Of a DNA stretch of 64,000 bases, positions 30,558 to 39,930 are shown one piece after another. The notes beneath the pieces are model-generated. The model was not told the DNA's origin, made no database searches, and was given only the letters and a program-made list of their open reading frames with translations. Position numbers and translations under genes: made by a program. The stretch's first letter is position 1, and each line of letters starts with the position of its first letter. This DNA comes from an uncultured Chloroflexia bacterium (GTDB lineage: Bacteria > Chloroflexota > Anaerolineae > JAAYZQ01), in the NCBI GenBank assembly GCA_963700285.1, contig CAVOXA010000014.1:256001-320000 (forward strand), given 5' to 3'.

Positions 30558-31508
30558 CTACGGGACCTCGAGCGGTGGCGTTTGATCGTATACTTCCTTG
30601 CTGATCTCGTAGGCACGCTTCTCTTGCTCCAGCGCCTCGGCGCGGACCTCCGCCAGGGCCTCTGGACTGAGCTCGGTTCAGCTCGACCAGTTCTAGCGTC
30701 TCTTTGGTTGGCATCGGCCCCCCTCCAGCCAACTCGAACCTCGCCCACGCCACGGCGCATAATACTTGAGCTGGAAGGCATCCGTCTCCTCCAGGCTGGA
30801 CTCGGCAATCACCAGAACGTCCTGGTAGCAGTCGACCGGGACACAGGTCTCCTGGCCCATCTGGTCCACCCGCCCGCGGTCCGTCCAGTTGACCGCCGGT
30901 CCCCACCCCTGGGAGTAACTGGGCGTCCCTTCCTGGGGCTCCGCCTGCATCTTGATCCCCGCTTTGGCCCCTTTGAAGCCGGCGATCCAGGCGGGGGCGT
31001 TGACAAAGCGCCCGTTCTCATATTCCTCCGGATACTCGCCCAGATACCATACCTTGCCTTCGTCGTCCTGGGCATAGAAGGCGATCTCTTTCTCTATCGC
31101 CTGGTTGTTGCTGTAGTCGACGATATAAGCCACCACGCTTCGCACACCGTCGATCATCTTGGTCAGGTCGGTGACAGTGAAGACGATGCGATGGGGAATG
31201 ATCAAACCACCCTCTTCGGTGGAGCCTTCATAGATCCACTGCGTCCCCGGTACCATAGGCAGCCATGGATTGTCGATGGTGGTCGGATCATCGAAATCGC
31301 CGGGGTTCAGCTCCTCGAGCTGGCTCGCGGTGTCGATGGTCGGTTCGGGGCTAGGCTCGCTCTCGACGGTCGGTGAAGGCGGCACCGTCGGCGCCAGGGT
31401 AGGGTTGGCTCCGGTGGGCGCGGCCGGGCTGGGCGCAGTGCCGCAACCTACAGCTACGATCAGGAGCAGTGAGACAAGTGCCAGTACGATGAGATGGAGT
31501 CGGCTCAT
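30558..31508 (-). CDS. conserved lipoprotein of unknown function, frameshifts near the 3' end (~30650-30760)
   Basis: Lipobox AVGC, Pro/Thr linker, IDNPWLPMVPG, WYLGE, KYYAPG; shifted frames give KETLELVE...EKRAYEISKEVY...PLEVP*. Confidence 0.75.
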
Positions 31509-31603
31509 ACTAACTTCCTTTTCTGTCGTGTTAATATCTCGATGCGAGGAGCAGACCGTGTGCTCCGGCAAGCTCCAGATAGATCTTTCGGCTGCTTAAA
31601 CAC

Positions 31604-31630
31604 AGGGGGCAGGTCTAGGACCTGCCCCCT
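31604..31630 (-). terminator. 12-bp hairpin after the RND permease
   Basis: agggggcaggtc-tag-gacctgccccct, followed by gtgttt on the minus strand. Confidence 0.6.
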
Positions 31631-31644
31631 CGGGCACCTTGATC

Positions 31645-34600
31645 CTACAAGGCGGCACTGCTGGCGATGGGCTCGGAAGATGGCCGCCATGCTTTCTTTT
31701 TCCCAAAGCGCAGGTACAGTGTGGGTACAACGAGCAGGTTCAGCAGCGTCGAGGTGAACAGGCCGCCCAGGATCACGATGGCCATCGGGTACTCGATCTC
31801 CTGGCCGGGAATATTGCCCGTGAACACCAGGGGCACGAGGGCCAATCCGGTGGTCAGCGCTGTCATCATGATCGGTGCGATCCGTTCGCGCGCCCCGCGC
31901 ATGACGAGCGCCGGGCCAAAGGTCTCCCCTTCCGCCTCTTCCAGATGCTGGAAGTGGCTGATCATCATGATCCCGTTGCGGGTGGCGATGCCCAGGATGG
32001 TAAGCAGCCCGACCAGCGAGCCGAGGGAGAGAACGCCGGTGGTGAGATACGCCGCCAGCAGGCCGCCCACCAGCGCCCAGGGCAGGGTGAAGAAGGTGAG
32101 CGTCGCCAGGCGCCAGTTCTCAAAGGAGGTAAGCAGCAGGAAGAAGATGGCGATCACCGCCACGGCCCCGGCGATGAGCAGATTGCGCTGGGCAGCCTGC
32201 CGCTCGGCGAACTCGCCAATCACTTCGGCGTGGTACTCCAGGGGGAAGGCAACTCCTTCCAGGGCAGCTTCGACGTCCCTGGCTACGGAGCCCAGATCAC
32301 GACCACGCACGTTGGCAGAGACGTCGATTTTTCGTGACTGGCCTTCACGCTCGATGACGTTCGGAACCGGCGCGATGCGGATGTCAGCCACCTCTGCCAG
32401 GCGCACGCGGCCACGGGCAGGTGTGTCGATCAGCAGCTCGCGAATATCGGTCAGGCTGTTTCGCGTGTCCGGCTTGCTCCACACATTCACGTCGTAGGTC
32501 TTGCCGCCGACGAAAATGTCGCCAACCTCCTCGCCCTGTACCAGGAAGGCGGCTGCCCGGCGGATGTCGCCTGGTTTGAGCCCATAACGCTGGGCTGCCA
32601 CCAGGTCGACCTCGACCTCCACCTGGGGAGTGTCCATGTGCAGTTCCTTTTTCAGATCCACGATGCCCTCGATCCCGTCCAGGGCATCCCGTACCTCATC
32701 CGCTTTGTCCGTCAGCGCATCCAGATCGGGACCATAGATACGGACGACGACGGTGTCGCTCGATCCCGTCAGCACCTCGCGGATCCTCTCTTTCAGATAG
32801 GTCTGCACATCGCGGATCAGGCCGGGGTAACCGTCCACCGTCTCCTGGATCTTGGCCAGCGTCTCGTCATAGTCGACCGCGGGATCCACGCTGACCCAGT
32901 TCTCGGTAAAGTAGACCCCGTAGGGTTCATCGGCCATCAGGGCCTGCCCGATGTGGGAGCCGCAGTTGCGCACGCCGTCGATGGTCAGCAGTTCGCGGCA
33001 GGCCTGAGCCGTGATCCGCCACATCTCGGGGTGAGAGGTACCGGGCTTGGTGATCCAGTGCATGAGGAAGTCCCGCTCCTTGAACGACGGAAGCAGCTCC
33101 TGGCCGAGAGCCGGCCACACCAGGGCGCCAGCCAGCATGATGGCGCCGACCAATCCGTAGGCCACGCCCGGCCTCGGCAGAATCCATCCCAGAACCCGGT
33201 CGTAGACACGGTGCAGCCAGGGGATGATCGGCGACTGGCGGTGCTCGATCGACGCATTGGACAGCAGGATCAGGACCATCGCCGGCGTCACCGTCAGCGC
33301 GACCAGCGGGGATACCAGTCCCGCTACCACATAGGCGGTGGCCAGCGGCTGGAAGAACGCGCCGGAAAGCCCCTGCAGGAAAAAGACCGGCAGCAGGGCC
33401 GAGATCTCGATCAGGGAGGCGTAGACGATGGCACCGCGCACTTCTAGGGAGGCATCGAGGACGATCTTTGCTGTCGACTGGGTACTGCCCTCCTGGCGCA
33501 GCCGGCGCAGGCGCCGCACGATGTTCTCTACGTCGACGATGGCGTCGTCGACGACGGCGCCAATGGCGATCGCCAGCCCCGCCAGAGTCATCACATTGAT
33601 GGTCACGCCACGCAGGTTGAGCACCAGCAGGGAGACCATCATCGACACGGGGATGATGGTGGCGCTGATCAAGGCCACACGCCACTCGAAAAGGAACAAA
33701 AAGAGCACGATCACCACCAGGATGCCACCGATGAGCAGGGACTGGGTGAGGTTGTCGATGGACAGTTGGATGAAGGTCGCGGGCCGGAAGATGGTGGTAT
33801 CGATATCGATACCAGTCAGGCCAGGCCGCATCTCCTCGATCGCCTCTTCCACCCCTCGCGTCACATCCAGGGTGTTGGCCCAAGGCAGCTTTTCGACTAT
33901 CAGCATCAGACCAGGACCTTCGTTGATGACGGCGTCGCCGAAGAGTGGCCAGGTACCCCATACCACGTCGCCCATATCGCCGAGGAGCAGCGGTGTGCCA
34001 TCAGATTTAACCCGATCGTAGATGGGCACCTCGGCCAGCTTCTCCGGGGTGATGATCGGCAGGACAGAGCGGATCCCCAGGCGCTGGTCAGGGGTATCGA
34101 TAAAGCCGCCGGTGCCGATGACCGAGCCTTCCGAATAGGTCAACAACCCGACATCCAGGGCATCGGCGGTGACATCCATCACCTCCTTGAGCGTCACGTC
34201 GTAGGCGCGCATCCGTTCCGGATCGACCTGTACCTGTGGCATTTTTATGCGCTCGCCCCAGATGGGCACATTGGCCACCCCAGGCACGTCCAGCAGGCGG
34301 GCCCGGATCTTCCAGTAGGCGATCATCGACAGGTCCATGAGGTCCATCTCGTCCGAAGAGAGCCCGATCTTTAGCACCCGGCTGGTCGACGACAGGGGCT
34401 GGATCAGGACCGGTGGGGCGGCCCACGTGGGCAGAGTGGGGTAGATGGCTGCAATGCGCTCCTGCACCAACTGCCGGGCAAAGATGAGATCCGTACCGGG
34501 CTTGAAGATGAGGACAATGTCCGACAGATCAGGAACGGACCTGGAGCGCATCACGTCCAACCCAGGCACGCCATTGAGCGCATTCTCCAGGGGGACGGTG

Positions 34601-34794
34601 ACCAGTTCTTCCACGTCGGTCGCCGAGAGCCCCAGGGATATGGTCTGGATCTCTACCTTGGGCGGCGCGAACTCGGGAAAGACGTCCACCGACGAGCCGC
34701 TCAGGCGGACGAATCCATAGACCATCAGCGCAGCGGCCATAAAAACAACCAGGTATCGGTAACGCAAGCTTGTGGCTACAATCCATCGCAGCAT
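31645..34794 (-). CDS. RND efflux permease, CusA/CzcA (heavy-metal efflux) family
   Basis: VDVFPEFAPP, GAVVDDAIVDVENI, GIATRNGIMMI, RERIAPIMMTALTT; 1049 aa. Confidence 0.93.
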   Translation of the reverse strand: MLRWIVATSLRYRYLVVFMAAALMVYGFVRLSGSSVDVFPEFAPPKVEIQTISLGLSATDVEELVTVPLENALNGVPGLDVMRSRSVPDLSDIVLIFKPGTDLIFARQLVQERIAAIYPTLPTWAAPPVLIQPLSSTSRVLKIGLSSDEMDLMDLSMIAYWKIRARLLDVPGVANVPIWGERIKMPQVQVDPERMRAYDVTLKEVMDVTADALDVGLLTYSEGSVIGTGGFIDTPDQRLGIRSVLPIITPEKLAEVPIYDRVKSDGTPLLLGDMGDVVWGTWPLFGDAVINEGPGLMLIVEKLPWANTLDVTRGVEEAIEEMRPGLTGIDIDTTIFRPATFIQLSIDNLTQSLLIGGILVVIVLFLFLFEWRVALISATIIPVSMMVSLLVLNLRGVTINVMTLAGLAIAIGAVVDDAIVDVENIVRRLRRLRQEGSTQSTAKIVLDASLEVRGAIVYASLIEISALLPVFFLQGLSGAFFQPLATAYVVAGLVSPLVALTVTPAMVLILLSNASIEHRQSPIIPWLHRVYDRVLGWILPRPGVAYGLVGAIMLAGALVWPALGQELLPSFKERDFLMHWITKPGTSHPEMWRITAQACRELLTIDGVRNCGSHIGQALMADEPYGVYFTENWVSVDPAVDYDETLAKIQETVDGYPGLIRDVQTYLKERIREVLTGSSDTVVVRIYGPDLDALTDKADEVRDALDGIEGIVDLKKELHMDTPQVEVEVDLVAAQRYGLKPGDIRRAAAFLVQGEEVGDIFVGGKTYDVNVWSKPDTRNSLTDIRELLIDTPARGRVRLAEVADIRIAPVPNVIEREGQSRKIDVSANVRGRDLGSVARDVEAALEGVAFPLEYHAEVIGEFAERQAAQRNLLIAGAVAVIAIFFLLLTSFENWRLATLTFFTLPWALVGGLLAAYLTTGVLSLGSLVGLLTILGIATRNGIMMISHFQHLEEAEGETFGPALVMRGARERIAPIMMTALTTGLALVPLVFTGNIPGQEIEYPMAIVILGGLFTSTLLNLLVVPTLYLRFGKKKAWRPSSEPIASSAAL

Positions 34795-34815
34795 GATGTG
34801 TACCTCCCGGTGCGG

Positions 34816-35588
34816 CTACTTGGAAACGCCGGTCTCGGTGCCGAACAATTCGGCACCTCCGACCGTCACGACAGCGGTGCCGGCCTGCGGTCCCTCCGAT
34901 AGAAACGCCTGATCCCCCTCGATGTAGTCGATAGCGATGGCCTCCCGGACAAAGACCAGCGGTTCGGGGTTGGTGTAAACCCACGTTTCGCCGTTCACAC
35001 CGTACAGCACAGCCGCGTAGGGCACGACCTTGTACTGCGGCTGCCGGCCCGTCAAGCTAAGCTCGACGAGCACAGCTTGGCCCGCGGTCAGGCCCTGCTC
35101 TGGGCGGGCGATCAGGTAATACAGCTCCTCGACCAGGTCCTCACCCGGCAAGTCCACATCTTCGTCGTCATCGAGCCCCGGACCCTCGTCCGGTTCGGCG
35201 ATCCAGCCCTCGTCACCCTCGTCGTCCCCGTCCAGCGCCCGCACTAGGATGGGTTGGCCCAGATCGACCTGGCTCCAGTCGTTGTGAGCAATGGACACAC
35301 GCGCCCACACTGGGCCCGCTCCGGTAGCCCCGGCTTCCGGCAGGCCCACGACCTCCCCCCCACCGTGCGTGTTCGCACCACTGGCTCTTCGAGAACAGGG
35401 GCTGTCTGGATGTCGAGTCGCTTGGCTGCCTTTTCGGTGATGATCACCCGTTTGAACTCAGATCCCGGGATATCCTCAAGGTAGGCGGGTTCCACTTTGG
35501 ACGGCAAGTCGGCGCCGCCGCATCCGGCCAGCAGTGGAGCAGCACTCAGGATCAGCGCCACAACCACGAACCTGCAAATTCGTTTCAT
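34816..35588 (-). CDS. short lipoprotein RND adaptor (MFP C-terminal-like), frameshift in a C-run near 35355
   Basis: Lipobox LAGC; AAKRLDIQT; VVPYAAVLY...WVY...G..VVTVGGAELFG. Confidence 0.75.
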
Positions 35589-35676
35589 CTGCTTCCTCCC
35601 CTCAGTCCGGGCCCTCACGGGAGTTCATGCTCCTCGTCTTTGGTGAGGGATTGGAGCTACAGCCCAACTGCTGGTC

Positions 35677-38600
35677 CTATGCCTGTGTCTCGCTGGCTGC
35701 TGGGACTTGGACCAGTCCGAGGTCAGGCTCACGGCTGGCCCCGAAGCGCAGGTACAAGGCCGGCACGATGACCAAATTGAACAGGGTGGAGGTGACCAGG
35801 CCGCCCAGAACGACGATGGCCACCGGGCGCACGATCTCGTGGCCCGGGATGGCGCCAAAGAGCACAAAGGGTAGGAGCGCCAGCCCGGTGGCCAGTGCGG
35901 TCATCAAGATCGGCGCCAGCCGTTCCTGTGCTCCACCCAGGACCAGATCCAGGCCAAAGGCCTCCCCCTCCTCTTCCTCAAGGTGCTGGTACCTCCTGAT
36001 CTGCAGGGAGGCATTGCGCACGGTTATGCTCAACACCGTGAGCAGGCCGGCCAGCAGGCCAATGGCCAGCGAGTTGCTGCCTCCCAGGAGGGCGGCCAAT
36101 ACGCCGCCGGCCAGCGCTGCGGGCAGAGCCAGGAGCATGGCCAGGGCCAGGCCCCAGCTCCGGAAAGACGCCTGCAGGAGCAGGAAAATCCCGAGCAGAG
36201 CAATGATCGCCGAAAAAAGGACACGCTGCCGGGTTGCCTGCTGTGCCGCAGCCTCCCCCACCACCACGGCATGGTACTCCCGCGGGAATGAAAAACTCTT
36301 GATGGCCGCTTTGACATCGCCCACCACGGCCTGGGTATCGCGTCCCTGGACGGCAAAGTCAACGTCAAGGTAGGGCGAGACGCCTTCCCGCTCGATGACG
36401 GTTGGCGAGGACGCCATGCGCACGTCGGCCACTTCCTTCAGGCGCACATGACCGCCGCCTGGCGTGTCGAGCAGCAGCTCACCCACATCGGCCTGGCTAT
36501 CGCGTATCTCGGGCACGCCCCAGACGACGACGTCAAAGACCTTCTGTTCTTCGAAAAGACTGCCGACCTGAATGCCGGAGAGCAGAATGGCCGCCGACCG
36601 GCGAACATCGCCCGGTTTGACGCCATAGCGTTGGGCCGAGGCGAGATCCACCTCGATCTCCAGCGTGGCCTCTTCAGGGGCAAACGCTATGCGTGGGTCG
36701 ACGACGCCCTCGATACCGGCCAGGGCCTGCTGCAGCTTTTGGGCCTGGTCGCGAAGGACATCATGGTCCTCGCCAAAGACGCGCACGGTGAAGGCGTCAC
36801 TGGAGCTCTCCTGCGGCTGGCCCTGGATCTGTTCTGAATAGGTTTGCACCTCGCGATCAAGCCCGGTGTAGCTGTCCACCGTCCGCTGGACGGAGGCAAC
36901 TGTCGCATCATAGTCGGCCCTGGGATCGATGCTGACCCACAGCTCGGCGGAATTGATGCCGACGACCTTGTCTCCAAAGACAGCCCGGCCGATGTGCCCG
37001 GCGACATTGTTCACCCCGGGCAGGGCTCGCAGCTCGCCGGAGGCCCGGCTCACGACCTCTTGCATTGCCGGCAGGGACGTACCTGGCTCAGCCTCCAGTT
37101 GGACGGTAAGGTATGGCTCCCGGAACGAGGGCAGCAGTTGATCGCGCCCCAAGAAGGGCAGAGGTATGAGGCAGAGCACTATCAGGACGGCGATGGTCGC
37201 GTATACCAGCCAGGATCGCGGGGCGATCAGCGCCAGGACCTTCTCGTAGCCGCGCCGCAACCAGGGGGCGAGGGGTGATCCGCGGCCCTTGAGCGGCGCC
37301 ATGGACAGGAGGATCAGGCTCAGCGCCGGCGTGACAGTCAGGGCGACCAGCATGGACACCAGTACCGCCAGCGCGTAGGAGACAGCGAGCGGCCCGAGCA
37401 GCGCGCCGGACACGCCCTCCAGGAAAAAGACAGGCGCCACCGTCAGGAGGGTAATCAGTGTGGCAAAAAAGACGGCCCCACGCGTCTCAGAGGCAGCCTC
37501 CAAAATCACAGCCTGGACCGACTGGGGAGTGCCTTCCTGGCGATCCCGGCGCAGCCGCTGCAGGTAGCGATCGACGTCGATGATGGCGTCATCGATGACG
37601 GCGCCGAGGGCAATGGCTAGCCCTACCAGAACCATGGCGTTGAGTGTCGCCCCGCGCAGGTTGAGCACAAACAGGGCGGCCACCAGCGACAGCAGGATGG
37701 CAAAAAAGCTGACAAGGACCGCGCGCCACCCCCAGAAGAAGGCAAAGAATACCACCACCACGAGAAAAGCGCTGATCAGCAGGGTCCGGGTCAGGTTGGA
37801 CATGGCCGTCTCGATGAAGGACGCCGGGCGGAAAAACGTGGCATCGAAATTAATGCCCTCGAAACCGGGGCGCAGCGCATCCAGCGCGGCTTCCAGTCCC
37901 TGGGTCACCTCCAGGGTGTTGGTCCCTGGCAGCTTTTCGATGACCAACAGGAGATTGGAATCGTCGTTTACGATGGCGTCCCCGATCAGCGGCTGGTGAT
38001 CTTCCACGACACTGGCCACATCACCCAGTTGCCAGGCCGTGCCCTGGACAGGTACCTGGGCCAGCTCCTCCGGCGACGAGATGGGCAGGACATGCCAGAC
38101 GCCCAATCTTTGTTGGGGGGTATCGATGAACCCGCCGGTACCCGGCGTCGATGCCTCCAAAAAACTCAGGGATGACACCCACAGGGCATTCCCGGTGGTT
38201 TCCACCACTCGCTGGAGCGTGACCCCCGCTTCCTGCAACTTTTCCGGATCGACCTGTACCTGCAGTTGCCGATCCCGGTTGCCCCAAATGGCCACGTGGG
38301 CCACGCCGGGGACGCCCATGAGGCGGGGCGCGATGGTCCAGCGGGCGAGCACCGACATCTCGATCAGAGATAACTCCTCCGAGGAAAGCCCGACGATCAA
38401 GAACCGGCTGGCCGACGAGAGGGGCTGGATCATCGTCGGTGGTTTTGACACGTGCGGCAACCCGACCGCCGCCTGGGCCAGGCGCTCTGACACCATCTGC
38501 CTTGCTTCAAAGAGGTCGGTGCCAGGCTCAAAGTGGACGAGGACCGAGGACAACCCAGGCACCGACTGGGAGCGGATGACGTCCAGAAACGCCACGCCGG

Positions 38601-38823
38601 CCAGCAGATCCTGCTCCATCGGAACCGTGATCATCTGTTCCACTTCCTCTGCGGAAAGGCCGAGCGCCTCGGTCTGGATCTCCACAAAGGGCGGAGCGAA
38701 CTCGGGCAGAACGTCCACCGGCATGTCGCCCAGCCGCACCAGGCCAAAGACCATGATCACCACGGCAAGGATAACCACCAGATACCGAAACTGCATGCTC
38801 TGTGCGACGATCCCACGTACCAT
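35677..38823 (-). CDS. second RND efflux permease, CusA/CzcA family
   Basis: VDVLPEFAPP, GAVIDDAIIDV, QERLAPILMTAL; ATG after GGAGG. Confidence 0.93.
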   Translation of the reverse strand: MVRGIVAQSMQFRYLVVILAVVIMVFGLVRLGDMPVDVLPEFAPPFVEIQTEALGLSAEEVEQMITVPMEQDLLAGVAFLDVIRSQSVPGLSSVLVHFEPGTDLFEARQMVSERLAQAAVGLPHVSKPPTMIQPLSSASRFLIVGLSSEELSLIEMSVLARWTIAPRLMGVPGVAHVAIWGNRDRQLQVQVDPEKLQEAGVTLQRVVETTGNALWVSSLSFLEASTPGTGGFIDTPQQRLGVWHVLPISSPEELAQVPVQGTAWQLGDVASVVEDHQPLIGDAIVNDDSNLLLVIEKLPGTNTLEVTQGLEAALDALRPGFEGINFDATFFRPASFIETAMSNLTRTLLISAFLVVVVFFAFFWGWRAVLVSFFAILLSLVAALFVLNLRGATLNAMVLVGLAIALGAVIDDAIIDVDRYLQRLRRDRQEGTPQSVQAVILEAASETRGAVFFATLITLLTVAPVFFLEGVSGALLGPLAVSYALAVLVSMLVALTVTPALSLILLSMAPLKGRGSPLAPWLRRGYEKVLALIAPRSWLVYATIAVLIVLCLIPLPFLGRDQLLPSFREPYLTVQLEAEPGTSLPAMQEVVSRASGELRALPGVNNVAGHIGRAVFGDKVVGINSAELWVSIDPRADYDATVASVQRTVDSYTGLDREVQTYSEQIQGQPQESSSDAFTVRVFGEDHDVLRDQAQKLQQALAGIEGVVDPRIAFAPEEATLEIEVDLASAQRYGVKPGDVRRSAAILLSGIQVGSLFEEQKVFDVVVWGVPEIRDSQADVGELLLDTPGGGHVRLKEVADVRMASSPTVIEREGVSPYLDVDFAVQGRDTQAVVGDVKAAIKSFSFPREYHAVVVGEAAAQQATRQRVLFSAIIALLGIFLLLQASFRSWGLALAMLLALPAALAGGVLAALLGGSNSLAIGLLAGLLTVLSITVRNASLQIRRYQHLEEEEGEAFGLDLVLGGAQERLAPILMTALATGLALLPFVLFGAIPGHEIVRPVAIVVLGGLVTSTLFNLVIVPALYLRFGASREPDLGLVQVPAASETQA

Positions 38824-39468
38824 AACTGGAAACCTCCTCCTTCGGTCCTGTTCCACCAGCAAAGCTAGTGAGGGGTACCGCCAATCGGTCCCGGGACACG
38901 CTGCCTGCAAAATACAGCGGACGGACCCACCTTGTGTCGCGCCAGCGAATGGGCGATGCGGCTTGCGGGTCGCGTAGAGGCGGAGCCCAGCTGGCGCGAG
39001 CACCGGTGAAAAGACCCATGTCCCAGCAGTTGCTGGCTCAAGCCGCACCTCTGATGTGTGGATACAACCCATCGACAAACCATCCGGCGATTCCGCCACC
39101 GGGGCCTTGGCTTGCCAGCAGATCTGTACTCGGTACTGGGAGGAGCTGCTTTATTGACGATTGCTCCTCATTTGGCTGATTGCAGAATGGCTTTCGATGG
39201 ATGCCAATTCTTCTTTGACAGGAGCCAACGATGACAGTGCTCCATGGACTTTGACGGTAGACATGGCATTTCAACAAACCGTGGATCGCCGGTCAGGGGT
39301 ACCTGATCATCCACAGTCTACTGCTGTGAATCGAGGCTGGCAAAGATTGGGCACACCGTGTCGCCGGCCTTTCCTTCCGGGAACAGACATCAAGTGGGGG
39401 GTTCGTCGCCGAGCCCCTGCAAAGTAGGTAGTCTTGTGTAGCGAAGACTGCTTTCCACGACTGAGATG

Positions 39469-39497
39469 ATTATAACACAGGAAAGACGAAATGTCAA
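39469..39497 (-). promoter_or_regulatory. perfect sigma70-type promoter TTGACA-17-TATAAT facing the RND operon
   Basis: tgtcaa 39492-39497 and attata 39469-39474 on the plus strand. Confidence 0.8.
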
Positions 39498-39830
39498 GTT
39501 GGGCTGAGCGACGCTCAGCAATTCTAAATATGGAAAACGTCAAGTTGGTACTTCAGCCCTTGGGTGCGTCAGGGCCAGCCTTATCGTCAAGTTGATGGCT
39601 CTGAGATGCCACGGCGTCGGGCAGACCTGCTGTCGGAGCAGTCGCCACGGCCATGTTTGGCAGCGAAAGCAGGGTGAATCGCGCACAGTAGCACCCGAAT
39701 GCCCGTCCAGAAGCTGCCGGCTAGCCCCGGATTTGACGATAACTTGAAGCTGAAGCCGGGATCGATAACCAACGCTGGAGCGGCAAAGTCATATTTAGAA
39801 TTGCTGGAGCGACGCTCCCAGCTCTGGACT
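39493..39830. repeat. long imperfect inverted repeat (foldback)
   Basis: 17-bp perfect arms 39516-39532 / 39790-39806, nested arms 39551-39557 / 39749-39755 and 39581-39590 / 39733-39742. Confidence 0.75.
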
Positions 39831-39930
39831 GATTGCCGCCACAGTTGGGCGGTTGAGTGGTGCAGACTGCGGCCCGTTGCCGCAATCTGGACCACAATCT
39901 GGTTAAAGTACAGGGTAGGATCTACCGGGG

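Noticed and set aside
38824-39468. c-di-GMP, c-di-AMP or other known riboswitch
   Set aside because: Consensus motifs could not be found by eye.
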